Shown one piece after another: positions 25,132 through 37,600 of a DNA stretch of 64,000 nt. The position numbers and the translations under genes are program-made. The notes beneath the pieces are model-generated. The model was not told where the DNA came from. It saw only the letters and a list, made by a program, of their open reading frames with translations, and did not search any database. This DNA is from Glaucostegus cemiculus (Eukaryota), in the NCBI GenBank assembly GCA_976551045.1, contig CDPCPM010000021.1, positions 1,054,001 through 1,118,000 of the forward strand, in the 5' to 3' direction. Positions within the stretch are counted from its first letter, which is position 1. Every line of letters starts with the position of its first letter.

Positions 25132-26960
25132 ATTTTTTTTAAGTCAGTACCCTTGTGATGACTATCCATTTGTATATAAGCACTGGTGTAGAAAAAGACA
25201 AAAATGGCCAATTGGATGGTCTCTAACATGCACTCTGTATGCTTCTGTAGAGTTTCTGCATGTATTCAGTAATAACTCAGATGAAACGCTTGTATAGGAT
25301 CAGATGGTCTAACCTGCATTAATAAATACCACTTTAGAATTCAAGGGTTATTTCCTGACATATTTTGTGAAATATCACCAGCCATTTTCCTTGCTTTGAC
25401 AAATTGCTTTAATATCTTGGGTGTTGGGGTAGAATTCCTTTTGTTGGTAATTTTATCAGATATCCAGAAACCCTCTTTTGGACTGTGCAGCCTTCTTCTT
25501 TAAAGTTATCAACACCAGTCATTTCAATACTCTTGGCCCCACCACTGATGATATCAAAGACTTCTCTAAGATATTAGAGAAGCATGAAATGAAGGCATGT
25601 TCACTATAAATAATAAAAGATAAAACCTCAGCAATGGATCAATAAAGGTGAAGAATGAATAATTAATCCATTTGGTATAGAAGCTATGGCTTCAAATTAT
25701 TTGGTGTTTAGTGAAGGAATCAGTTTAAGGTAGGGGAAAAGGAGTCACTTTTATTCGCCCCAGTGAAGTTGTTCAGAGTGCGTGACCAGTCACTCCACCC
25801 AATGTTCAGGGAAGAATTATTGATAAGTTTTCTAATTGTATGCATCAACTTCATCTCACCGTGATGCACTCAGATCTACCTATAACATTTTCTTCTGTTT
25901 CTGTGACCTTCAGTTTTATAAGCATTTAGTCATTCTCATAAAAAAACACCGACATGTTTTCAGAATTTTTTGTATTTTTGCATCCCCCCGTGCCCCTCCC
26001 CAAAAAAAAGTACATGCACTGATCCGGAGTTCCTGCTTCCTCACACTTTGAGTTTATTCTCCAAGTACTTCCTCATGCAACGGGGCCACAAATTATACTC
26101 GTCCCAACTGACAAACACAAGGACACAGTTCCCCATGTCCACTACCTCTTAATCCTGCCTGGAAACACAGAGCCTTGCTATCTGGTCTCTCTTTCCTGCA
26201 ACTGCCAACGTACAGCCTGCTGCTCATCTCCTTCTCCCTAAATGTGTCCATTTATTTCAACTACATCTCTTTCCAATGCTCACAATGCACAGCAAGGCTA
26301 AAACCCCTTAGTTCCACAAGAATACACATATTGGATAATTTACAATAACATCAAAAATCTTCTGCTTCAGGAAGATTTTTAGACCAAGGACAGTTCTTAA
26401 TGTAAATGTACAAGTTACAATGGGATGAACCTTTAATGTGGACTATTGCTTCCAAGTCATGTGAATTAAACTGCAAGTTTCACATGAATCAAGAGTCAAA
26501 CTCTGTTTGAAAGGGACAACACCTCAACCAATCTACTTATGGAAAGGACACCTTAGGTGGTTGAAGTTCAGTGCTTTTAAAGTGGCACAGCTCCCCTGCG
26601 CACAAAATGCTGCAAATTGCTCATGGGAATCAATGTTCTTCAATGACCCGAATAATCTATATGTATTCTTAATGTTCCCAAGATTTGAAATCACAGTAAT
26701 ATCACTCTGTACAGTTATATCAGCCTAGGTCTTGTAATAATGCTGTCTTGTCCAATTCAAAGACTCAAGCTCAGAAGTTGACCATCCACAGCCCAACCCC
26801 GTGTAATGAATGTGTTCTATTTTTTTTTTACACGAATCCATGTTGGTTTTGTCCATAAATCAGAAAATACACAGAAATCTCTCAATATGGTCACCATACC
26901 TCCACAGTACTATAATGAATGGCATCAAGACTGTGAGACTTATAAGAATGGACAATAATG

Positions 26961-27197
26961 AGAGGTGGGGGGGGGGAAGAAGAGGTGGGGGGGGAAGAAG
27001 AGGTGGGGGGGGAAGAAGAGGTGGGGGGGAAGAAGAGGTGGGGGGGGAAGAAGAGGTGGGGGGGGAAGAAGAGGTGGGGGGGGAAGAAGAGGTGGGGGGG
27101 GAAGAAGAGGTGGGGGGGGAAGAAGAGGTGGGGGGGGAAGAAGAGGTGGGGGGGAAGAAGAGGTGGGGGGGAAGAAGAGGTGGGGGGGAAGAGGGGG
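26961..27197 (+). repeat. G-rich minisatellite (AGAGGT-G7-10-AAGA)n, 13 copies, unit 17-20 bp
   Basis: Directly visible. Units differ only in G-run length. Confidence 0.97.
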
Positions 27198-27244
27198 CTA
27201 GTTCCTCCATGCATAGGAACAAACAAATGTATGTATGTCAGACT

Positions 27245-27308
27245 TGTAGCTCATTCGTAAGTAGTGGTGTCCCTAAGTTGGGCATTCTTAACTCAGGAAT
27301 GGCTTGTA
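27245..27308 (-). mobile_element. Possible Tigger-like terminal fragment
   Basis: Minus strand TA|caagccattcctgagttaagaatgcccaacttagggacaccactacttacgaa resembles TcMar-Tigger termini with repeated acttacg-like motifs. Confidence 0.3.
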
Positions 27309-27410
27309 ACCCCTCAGGTAGGTTAGTGTATTCCTGTTGGGTGAACCCTATGAAGCTACATTCAAAATCAGAATCACTGGTTTGGGCACAAATTCTGTCC
27401 TGGAGAAAAA

Positions 27411-28196
27411 GGCAGGTAAAGTGGGCCAAAGAATGGCAGATGGAATTTAACTTGGACAAGTGCGAGGTGTTGCACTTCAGCAAGTTAAACTTGGACAGGA
27501 CTTGTACAGTAAATAGTAGGGCCCTGGAAAGTGTTGTAGAACAGGACACAGAGGTACAGGTACATAGTTCCCTGAAAGTGGAGACACAAGTAGACAAGAT
27601 GGTGAGGAAAGCATTTTGCATGCTTGCCTTCATGGGTCAGGACATGGAGTACAAGAGTTGTGACTTCATGTTACAGCTGTACAAGACATTTGAGAGACTG
27701 CACTTGGAATACTGTGTGCAGTCCTGGTCACCTGGGTATAGGCAGGATGTCATTAAGCTGCAAAGGGTCCAGGACTGGAGGGCTTGAGTTAAAAAGACAG
27801 ATTGAATAGGCTGCAACTTTTTCCGCCTGGAGTGAAGGCTGAAGGGTGACCTTAAAATCATGAGGGGCAAAGGTAAGGTGAATGGCCACAGTCTTTGTCC
27901 CAGGGTAGGGGAGTCTAAAAACTGGAGGGCATAGGTTTAAGATGAGAGGCGAAATATTTAAAAGGAATCTGAGGGGCAACTTTTTCCACACTGAGGGTGG
28001 TGGGTATATGGAACCAGCTGCCAGAGGAGGTGGTAGAAGCAGGTTTCAATGACATTTAGCTAGGTACATGGATAGGAAAGCTTTAGAGGCAAGTGGGCCA
28101 AACATGGAGAAAAGGGACTAGCTCAGGTAGACAACTGTCTGGCATAGACGAGTTGGGCCGAAGGGTCTGTTTCCAAACTGTATATCTCCAATGACT
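27411..28196 (+). mobile_element. CR1 LINE, 3' end of ORF2 and 3' UTR
   Basis: KWAKEWQMEFNLDKCEVLHF...RLHLEYCVQSWSPGYRQDVIKL, ending gggccgaagggtctgtttcc...atgact. Confidence 0.92.
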
Positions 28197-29099
28197 AATT
28201 CCCTATTGCCTCCATCAAGCAAAAATTCACGAAGATCCTAAATTGCTTGTCACCTGTATCCTTCAAACAGGTAACAGAAAATAAACTTTGTAGGGGAAAA
28301 TTACTTTCAATTTCCATTGAATTCTGAAACTTAGATCTGAAAAGCAAGTGGTGCATTTGAGAAGAAAGGAAACAAAATGTAAAGGCTTCAGCTTAAATTA
28401 CCATACTAATCTGGGCTGAAATGGATTTATTATTCACATGAAGTTAGGATAATGCCATTCCTAATTCATAGCTGCAGTAATTTGTATTTATACAGAATTT
28501 TTCACAGAGATGACCACATTAAAGTAGTTCACGTTAGCCTCCTGAGTAAACTGGACACAGAGCTAAAACGACAAGATATAAAAATCTAAGGAATTTTGCA
28601 GCATATAAATTGGCCAGTCAGCTAATTGTCTGTCATGGATTTCACTATATAAGCCTTTTCCAACCCTTATTTGTCTAACTATATCACAATATTAGGAGGA
28701 AGTCACCAAAATCCCAGCCAAAGTGGTGGCTATTAAGAAGGTTTTAACGGAAGAGAGGGTGATCGGGATAAGGGTGGGTGGTAGATTTTAGAGTCTCAGC
28801 CTATAGTTACAGTTACAAATGGAGTAAAAGGGTTATTCCTTATGTTATCCCTTGGGCTACAAAAAAGAAAAATTCCACTTGTGAGGCACAAAGATTGGGA
28901 GCAAAGTGACATTTTGAAAATTGATAATGAAGAGGTTATAAATGTAAGTAATAAAGTGACAAACATGTAAAATAATTCCTTTGAAGAGAGAAGATAGCAT
29001 TCTGAAGATTCCAGTGAAGCGAATACTGAAACAGAGACAGAACTCACTAAAGTTAATGCAAGTGGAATAACAATGAACATAATAGCACAAAAAAGGCAC

Positions 29100-29690
29100 A
29101 GGAGTCAGTTATTTCTTTCCCAAGTATCCTAAAGGAACTTGGTGAGTACATTCAGATCTCAGTGCCATATACTTCTAAAGTACTCTCAACTCCTGAATCA
29201 CTCCTGGAACTCTCTAATCTTTTTGAGAAAAGTGAGCATGGCAAAACATGGCACTATAGATTAATTACCCTGTTATCTACTGACAGAAAATTACTCAAGT
29301 CTATGGTGAAGGAGAGAATGAAATCTTTCAGCTAATCAAACAGATGCAACACGGTTCATGCAGGAGAAAGCTAAATTGATAAAGGAATGGACCGTGTAAT
29401 GTCAATGGAAGTTGCTTACATGGGTTCTCAGAAGTTATCTGATGAAGTCCCTCATAAAAGGGATTAGTAGCAGAAGGTAAAACTCATGCAATTAAAGGCA
29501 AATTATTGAGCCAGCTTGGAATTGTAGCAGCTAGGTCATAGCAGGTGTTCTTATTGGCAGAATATGACCAATGGCTTCAAGCAAGGATCTGTGCTGGAGC
29601 CTTAGTTCTTCACCATACTTACAACTGACTTGGATGGTTGGATAGAAAGTTACAAATTCCGTTTTGCTAAAGACATATAGATAGGTAGTA
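29100..29690 (+). mobile_element. Old degraded CR1 RT fragment
   Basis: Degenerate QHG, YM.FQK..D.VPH, QGSVLEP and FAKD motifs in the expected order. Confidence 0.65.
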
Positions 29691-29869
29691 CTCTGGAATC
29701 CAAAGGTTAAATTAAAAAGAGTGACATCTAACCTAGGTTTATGTACCCTGAAATTTAAACAACAAGATAATTATTAAAACATCAGATTAGGCTTCAAGAA
29801 TATTCCAACCATCAATAATGCAGTGCATCTGATTGCAAGTGTCAAGTATGTAGTGGTCAGAACCATCTT

Positions 29870-31292
29870 AAGTCAGAAATGCCAAATGGTTGATTCACCT
29901 CAGGCTCCTCCTGAGAATCAACCATTCGTCCATTTCATTCACTTTACATCAATAAGCAACTGGGAACACTACATATGATAAAGGCCAGGGGCTCTGCCAA
30001 TATCTCAGCAGCAGTGCTGAGGATCTGCACTCCCGAATGAACTGTGCCTCTGGCCAAGCTACTCCAGAACAACTGAAACATCGACATTTTACCTGACAGG
30101 GCAGAAACTTGTGTACAAAAAGCAGAACAGATCCAATTTGGCCAATTACTACCCTTTCAATCCACCCTTAGTCATCAGAAAAGTGATAGAGGGTGCTGCC
30201 AGCAATGCTATCAACCAGCAATTATTCACCAATAAACTTGCCACTTAATTCTGGATTTTGTCTGGACCACTTGGCTTCAGAGCTCATCACACCCTTAATC
30301 CAAGCACAAACAAAAGAAATGAATTTCAGAGGCATAGTGGAGAGTGATTTCATGTCATGGGAGCATTTGACTGATTGCAGCATTGATAACCCTTTGGAGA
30401 GAATAAAAATGGGTAGAGGCTACTTAATTGTAGTTGTTGGAGACCAATCATTTCAACCTCAGAACATCACTGCCATAGTTCCCTAGGGGGTGTACAATAC
30501 CTATTCCTCAGAGCAAAGGAGAGGGTTGTTTATTATGAATCCACACTGAATAAATCTATTTGTATAACTTCAAAAAAAATAAAGTAATCAATGCACTCAT
30601 GCAGGGAGACTTGGACAATATTCAAACTTAGGCTGATGTGGAACAATTCACATTTGTACTACACAAATGTCAAGCATTTACCATCTCTAGCATCAGAGGC
30701 TACACCATCTCCTCTTGATATTCAACAGCGTCACTGAAATGAATATCCTGGGCAGGGTAGGGTTTGCTGGTGGGGGTGTGAGTCTCTGTTAACCTTGAAC
30801 TCAATCTAAGCCAATCGGAGGCTGTTTGTCCTATGGGAAGTGTCTCACCTCCCCAGGCAGAAGTCAGGAGTGTGACTGAATTTTCACCACTTGCCTGGCT
30901 AAGGGCAGCTTCATCAAGAAGCTCTACCATCCAGGATAAAGCAGTCCATCCAATTAGAACCCCATCCATCATCCTGAACATTGCCCTTACTCCATCACTA
31001 CGTACAAACTACTGCAGTAACTCTCCAAGGGACCTTTCACAGCACTCACTCAGGCTTGTGATCCCAATAGCCTGGGAGGGCAATTGTCACTCAGGTCTAT
31101 TTCCAAATTACTGCCTTAGAACTACCAGCTCATCCAGATAAAATAGCACAGTAGGTTAACTGTAACACAGTAGGCTAACTCCAGATTAAATAGCACAGTA
31201 GGAGGACCTTCACCACACATACCACAACAGTTCAGGATATTAACACCACATTTAACAAGTGATTAGATGTGGAAAATAAATACTGACCTTGT
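29870..31292 (+). mobile_element. Degraded family-B LINE ORF2 and tail
   Basis: SNLANYYPF (cf. NPANYRPI) near 30135, KCQAFTIS near 30665, tail gattagatgtggaaaataaatactgaccttg. Confidence 0.75.
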
Positions 31293-31499
31293 CAAATATT
31301 AATTTTGAGATTGATAAACTTTTTTTTTTCAACCATAGGGTGTTAAAGTACATGGGACAAAAGGTGGACATGAACTTAAATCCCAAGTTTGTCATGATAA
31401 TTGACAGGGGAAACAGGCTAATGGAGTCTTCTGATGTTACAACAAGTGAGTAGAGTTGTGGATGCAGCTACAAAGTGAAGGAAAACTGAGGATTTGGAG

Positions 31500-32040
31500 T
31501 AATTGGAACAAAAAGATGATCATCTTACATTTAAAGCACTGTATGATTGGGGGTAAGCAGAGGCCAGAAAGGATGAATGCAAGTGTAACACAAAGTGATT
31601 GAATGCAAATTTTGGGGAAACATGCACTCAAGGTTCATGGAAAGCAGAAGATGGGAGGCCAGCCAGGGATGCAATTGAAAACTGGAGTTTGAAAGTGGAT
31701 GGCTGAGAGTTTCAGAAGAGCTAAAATATTGCACAGAACTGGATAATGTCTCTGAAATGCAAATGGTTGATCTTTGCCTTGGAGAGGAAATGAAGTCAAA
31801 ACCTCAGTTCAGGGCTAGATCAGGTAGGATTTCAAATTGTACAGTACAGTCTCTGGTCATGGCTACAGAAAGGGTTGGAGTACACATTACATGCACAGAA
31901 TTTCGGCTAAAGTGGATGTCTTCAGTCTGAAGTGTTTGGCTGGAAGAAATGAAGGTTCATCCAAGGTTGGATAAATAGTAGAAGGATCAAGAGAGAGACA
32001 GAGAGAGTACAGTGGAGTTTGTAAACATCACAGATGGTGT
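31500..32040 (-). mobile_element. Possible old L2-like LINE fragment
   Basis: Purine-rich + strand with ttcatccaaggttggat (minus strand IQPWM) and other L2-like RT C-terminal wording. Heavily decayed. Confidence 0.35.
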
Positions 32041-33019
32041 GATTTTGCATCAGAAAGTTGTGATTTCATTTGGTGCTTTAGGAGAAAGCCTTATTTGCCT
32101 TAAGTGGGCACTTGTCATAAAGAAATGTGTAGGACTTATGTTGACTTGACAGTAATTTCAAAAGGTTGAAAAACGTTTACCCAAATTTCCAATGGGTGGG
32201 AAAAGCTTCCCACCGAAATTCAAGGAACCAACCCTCGTGAACTACATTTTGAGACAAGCAAAGAGATACCCATGTACAATTCAGGATTGAGGAACTGGAT
32301 ACTGATAGAGGTTGAGAGTAGAAGGCTGGTAAACAGATCCATTAAATCACTTTATGCTTTTACACTCTTTAGTCTTTGGTGGTCATTAAACAGTGAGTCT
32401 GATAGCACATTGATATCCTCCCCTTTGTTTAAATGTCCAATAGTGATGAGTGGATATTGATTTGCCTGCAGTTGGTTCTAACATTGACACTTGATGCATC
32501 AACAGAAAAGTTAAAGTATAACATTTCTGATGAACCAGTAAAAAGACTGCAGTAACAAAAAAGAACATCAGAAGAGTCAATATATTCTTCTTGATTCAAC
32601 CTACAACTATTAACCAGCACTCCTCCAGATTTTCTAATCCACATACGAGTGAACAAAGTTGTTACTGCAGTTTGAATACTATACAGTTCTGCAATAATCA
32701 AAGATCTTTCTGTTAGTTTCCACTTTCATCCTATGCTGGTTTGGCATAATGTGTTTTTCATTTATTTAGAGTGCTTTCTGATTTAGGAGTTTGTTTTATT
32801 TGAGCAAGCAGATGACATGCCTACCATAGGACTTTTAAAACCAAATTGTTCAAGTGGTCTTGATGAATACCAGTAAAGTCCAAGCTTATAAAGCTTTATC
32901 TTAATCTTTTCATATTTCTTGGATCAGTATTATCACCAGGCCAGTTTCTTGATGAAATCTTCAGCACTATTGATATGCAGTATCAAAATTTGGATCTATT
33001 AATGCCAATCTAAATATCT

Positions 33020-33118
33020 TTAAACATGTGGTAGCCGAAGTACATAATTGGCTGTGAAATGCTTTAGCCCCTACTGAGATCATGAAAGTCAGAACATAAA
33101 TGCCAGCATTTCTTCCTT
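33020..33118 (+). mobile_element. Deu-domain SINE (AmnSINE1/SacSINE1-like) 3' tail fragment
   Basis: aagtacataattggctgtgaaatgcttt...tgagatcatgaaag...ataaatgccagcatttcttcc. Confidence 0.55.
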
Positions 33119-34567
33119 ATTAAAGACAAGCATGTATCACTGTACCTTATCAGTGACATCTTCAAGGTCTTCCACCACAGAAGTCGACAGAAACAGTCTC
33201 TTCCACAATACCTTCAGTATCAACTTAAACTGCTATCTCGTCAACTGCTGTAGGAATTAAATGCCAAGAGCTTGTGAGGCTGGAGATTTTTCTCTTTACA
33301 GCCGCTTACACTGAACAGCCAGCAGAGCTAATTAATTTCTACATACTGCACCAACCCACTATCATGAAACAAAACTAATGACCTTACTTCCTCTATTGCC
33401 TCCATTCCAGAGCTGAAATGCAATGGCTGCAGCACTTTGATTGATAGGTGAAGTTCTATTCAAGCAAAGTCCTGATGGAAACTATCAGTGGTACCCTGTC
33501 TGAAAGTGATGGGGAGTGAATGAAAAATCTCCACCTACTGTTCATATTTATGGATTACTTGAAATAGTTATAAAACATTCATCATTTTTTAAATATGATG
33601 CTCTTTAACATGAATTTATGGCTCCCTCGCTAACTGGGAATACATTAAACATCCTTTTTTTACAACATGCATTTTCTAAGATTACTACTGACTGTCTTCA
33701 ACATGTGATATTTCTTCCTGAAAGTTGAGGGTTTCTGCTGTGTTAGACTTCAAATTTAATGTTACAATACTCAACTACAAATTTCACAGTGGAACTTTAG
33801 AGATGTTAGCAGGTGCACTGACCTCAGAGGATTTTCCAGATTTTACTTTCCTGTCAACTGTTGTCCTAGATTTTGTTGGTGTCAATGCTAACATTTTGAA
33901 TCCACCTCCACTGATTATATTAGCAACTTCTAGACCTCAATTTGTTTTAACCCAAAGAGGGACAAATCTAGAGTGAGAGTCTTACATAAAGACTGAAAAT
34001 GCTGCAATAATAGAAAGCCCGAGCATTTGGCTAGAGTATTGGAATGGAAATTAGTTCATTCAGTCCCTCTTTGTGTTCAGAGCACTTTACAACTTTATTT
34101 TGACTCTCTCTACTTATCTAACTTTGGCAGTGACTAGGAACTAATCATACACAGAGCTATGAATAGATAATGCTTGGATCTCTTGGGTTAGAAAGAGAAC
34201 GCATTCTTATGTGGGATGGAAGAACCAAACATTAAGTTAGTCCACTATAGAGTATATGCAAGGATGAAAAATGGGTGTGAAGTGGCTGACCAAACTCATT
34301 GGGGTGAAGATCATGTTTCTATACTGTACCTATGTCTCTATTCAAGCTTGATACACAATGATTTTTTGTTCATTTGAACCTGTAATTTTCTTTCAGAACA
34401 TCTATCTTATTTGCTGTCTTCCATGTCGTCCTCAAATCACCAATTTTGCCCTGCCAACACTAAGTTTCAAGATAGCTGTTGCCTTCAGCTAGTATTTCCC
34501 ACTATTTGCAACATTAAGTAATTTTGTGCTAAATGGTGAAGCTAAATAAATAGAGCATGCTGCCAGA

Positions 34568-34650
34568 TAAAACAGAAAGGGCTGGGAATACTTAGCAGGT
34601 CAGGCAACATCTACGCACAGAAACAGGGTTAACATTTCAGGTTAATGACC
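34568..34650 (+). repeat. Half copy of the hairpin-type repeat at 9815
   Basis: aaacagaaagggctgggaatacttagcaggtcaggcaacatct...gttaacatttcagg. Confidence 0.7.
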
Positions 34651-37600
34651 ATTCATCTGAAGCTCCTTTCACTAGATCTATCCAAGATGCCCACTCTGGT
34701 AACTTCTGCATCAAATGTTTCTGCATGGATTGCTTTAAGTGCCAGATCTGTAGTATCCAGATTACTACCAACACCCCACAGGTTCAATTGTCAGTTTGTA
34801 GCTGGTCTCATTTCTGCCTTGATATCTTTTCTTTCGTTACCTCCGGGACTTCTGTCAATGGATCCCACAGAGTAGACATTTACTGCTATTTTCCAGTGCA
34901 ATGAAAGGAAAATAATGTAACAGTATGTCAGCTGCTTGGGTGGTTACACAGTAGGAGAATGTGTTTAACTCCCGATCTGACCAAAAGTTAATCAGCAGAA
35001 AAGCAGAAGTGCCAAAATAATAACACCTGCAGGATACAAGACTTAGATTACTTCCTTTCATCAATCATGCCAGTAGTTATTGCCCTGAATCTTTTTCCTT
35101 ACTAGGTATTTACACATTTGAAAACTATTTACCACAGATTCAGCATATTTTGTGAGTGAAAGCAGTCTTTTATTGACTATACACATACACAATTGACTGC
35201 AATATACGCTCACTGACAGCTTTCTACTGGCCTTCCATACGAGTCCAAACCTGGTTAAAGGTTAAAATCCACTGACTGCTATGGTAATGGCTTGCTTAGT
35301 GTTTCTAATTCTTTTCATGAGTTTTCTGTTTGATTTTATTTTAAATGTCTCAGATACTCTTGCTTGTCACACCTCAAACAGCTCAGTGCTCACAGTTCCC
35401 AGCATGGACCTGCTTTCTGTCTTATGTCCATATTGATTATTCTTAAACTCTGAACTTGGAAATGACTTATATACAGGAACTGCCAAACTGCTTTGCTCAC
35501 TAGAAAAAAAACACTCCTATTATCTTGCAGTTAATTAAGACGTACCAGCAGTTTTATGCACCATAATGTGCTTCTGCCAACTCTCAGAGGTGTAAATATC
35601 GAACCGTCACTGCTACTGAATGTTAATCAATCTTTACAGAATTTAAAATTATTTCATATATTTAAGAAATGGTAATTTGCAAACAGTGTTCTCTTGTCTC
35701 TGGAGTATGTAACCACAAACTCCCTTGTATGCACATTATAAAGAAATGAACATCAATTTTGACAGCTGATAGTATTTGTGGTTAATTAGGTTATTATTTC
35801 TGGGAATTCAATAGAAAATAGTGTACAGATGATAGCAAGACATTCAGATTCATTGTTTGGAAATGTGTTTATTCTCGAACTAACCCTTTTGGTTTTCTTA
35901 TTGCTAATCTAGACAGATTTAAGCCATTAGTAGATTTGAATTACACTGCTTTTAATCAACATTCAATAGAATTATTTGAAATTTTATTGCTGTTTAATGT
36001 GAATGCTTTGTGTAAAAATTGCATTTAGCTCTAATGTTGTTCAACATAATTTCATCTGCCAGGGTTATCCTTGTTAGAATGACAGTTATAAAGTTGCATT
36101 CATAGTTATTCCATCCAGCAGAACTGCTCTTTTTAATGAGAGATAATGTGACTTGATAACTGACTGCTCATTTATCAATATAGTTTCAGTGGCATGTCCG
36201 TCAAAAAATATTAGTTGAATTGGGCCCAGTGAGACTGTGTCTGGAAACTATAATAATTTCAACAAGCACTAGATAAATTTCATTTCTAACTGTGGAGTGT
36301 TGAAATTCCATCTGTGTGAAGAGCAATGAAATTATAAACCATCTGTTTAGAAAGCCATTTACGATGCATACTAGGCGATGTAGCAGAGAAAACTTGCATC
36401 TCCTTACTACTTAGTTTGGTGCAAACTTGTATCACTTCTTGCAGGCTCAAACAGGGCTTAATGCTCTCTAATGTGTTTTAAAAATAAAATTAAGATATAC
36501 ACCACCCACGCGTTCCACAAATCTTAACAGCCCAGGACATCTTGTGTCTAAGATGATCTAGAATTCTAATTTAAGGGAGCCAGCTGCTTGCACACATAAT
36601 GTGCCAATATTCAATTATTGTTTTAATGAGCTATTGTCTTTTTATTTGCTTCAGGATAATCTCTCAACATACTTTACACAATATTAGAATTTACAGTGTA
36701 CTGTGACCAGTGTCTACAAAGTACAAAAAAATGCTTGGAAACGCTATGCATCAGAAACCAAACTAAGCGGCAACATGATGCAGGGGCTAGGGCACTCAGA
36801 TTTACAATTACAATAGCCTGACCTTTTGGTTGGTTGGGGACATCAAGTCCTGTAAGACTCTGCAAATATTATCAGCCCTCCCCCCCACTTGTGCTGGGTA
36901 AATATCATCAAGCTCTGTGTATCATGTCTTTAAGACAATCCACAGACAACAGTGTCAGTTTGCTAATGCTTCTGTTATCAGGCAGGAAAAGCAAAAAATA
37001 TATCCTCTCCTGCACCATATAACATGTAGACACAGTAGATTAAATATGTATTGTCAGGTCAGGTCATGGTGGTGTTTAAACTCTTTTGGTCTTACTTTGC
37101 ACTGGTTGAATGGAGTCCATTGTTTGACATGCATGCTGATTAAATGTTTACCATTTCAGCAAACCCTGATGTCCCAGGTTGAGTGAGATGCAGGGAATCA
37201 ATAGTGCTCAGCAATTATTTGCCCATTGATAAACCCTTCATTTTTAAATGAACTACATTTATCTAAGGCTTGACAGTGATTGTAATGTGGTGCCAGTCAC
37301 TTGGTGCTTGTTTCAGATTGTGTTCAGTGTAAAGACAAGCTGCTGAGTGAAGAGAACATGGGTCAAGTAATGTCTAACCTCCTCTTTATTGGCACTTCAT
37401 TTTACAGGCACCCGGTCAAATGCAGCCAGTGACAAATCGCTGCTTATCTCCTCTGCCAGGTTCCATTAACACAAGCCCTAACTGTTTTACCCATTAAAGC
37501 TACACATGTACTGGATTTAAACTCTATTAACTTGCACTTACTTTAGCTTCCCTGACCGCCAACTAAAGTGAAGTCAAAGATGTCATTTGATCTGAATTTT

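Noticed and set aside
26961-27197. CRISPR-like array
   Set aside because: Head-to-tail repeats without unique spacers, in eukaryotic DNA, with no cas genes.
26810-27787. 325-aa ORF (and overlapping Gly/Arg/Pro-rich ORFs) as a novel gene
   Set aside because: It is a stop-free minisatellite fused by chance to a CR1 ORF2 fragment. There is no independent coding signal.
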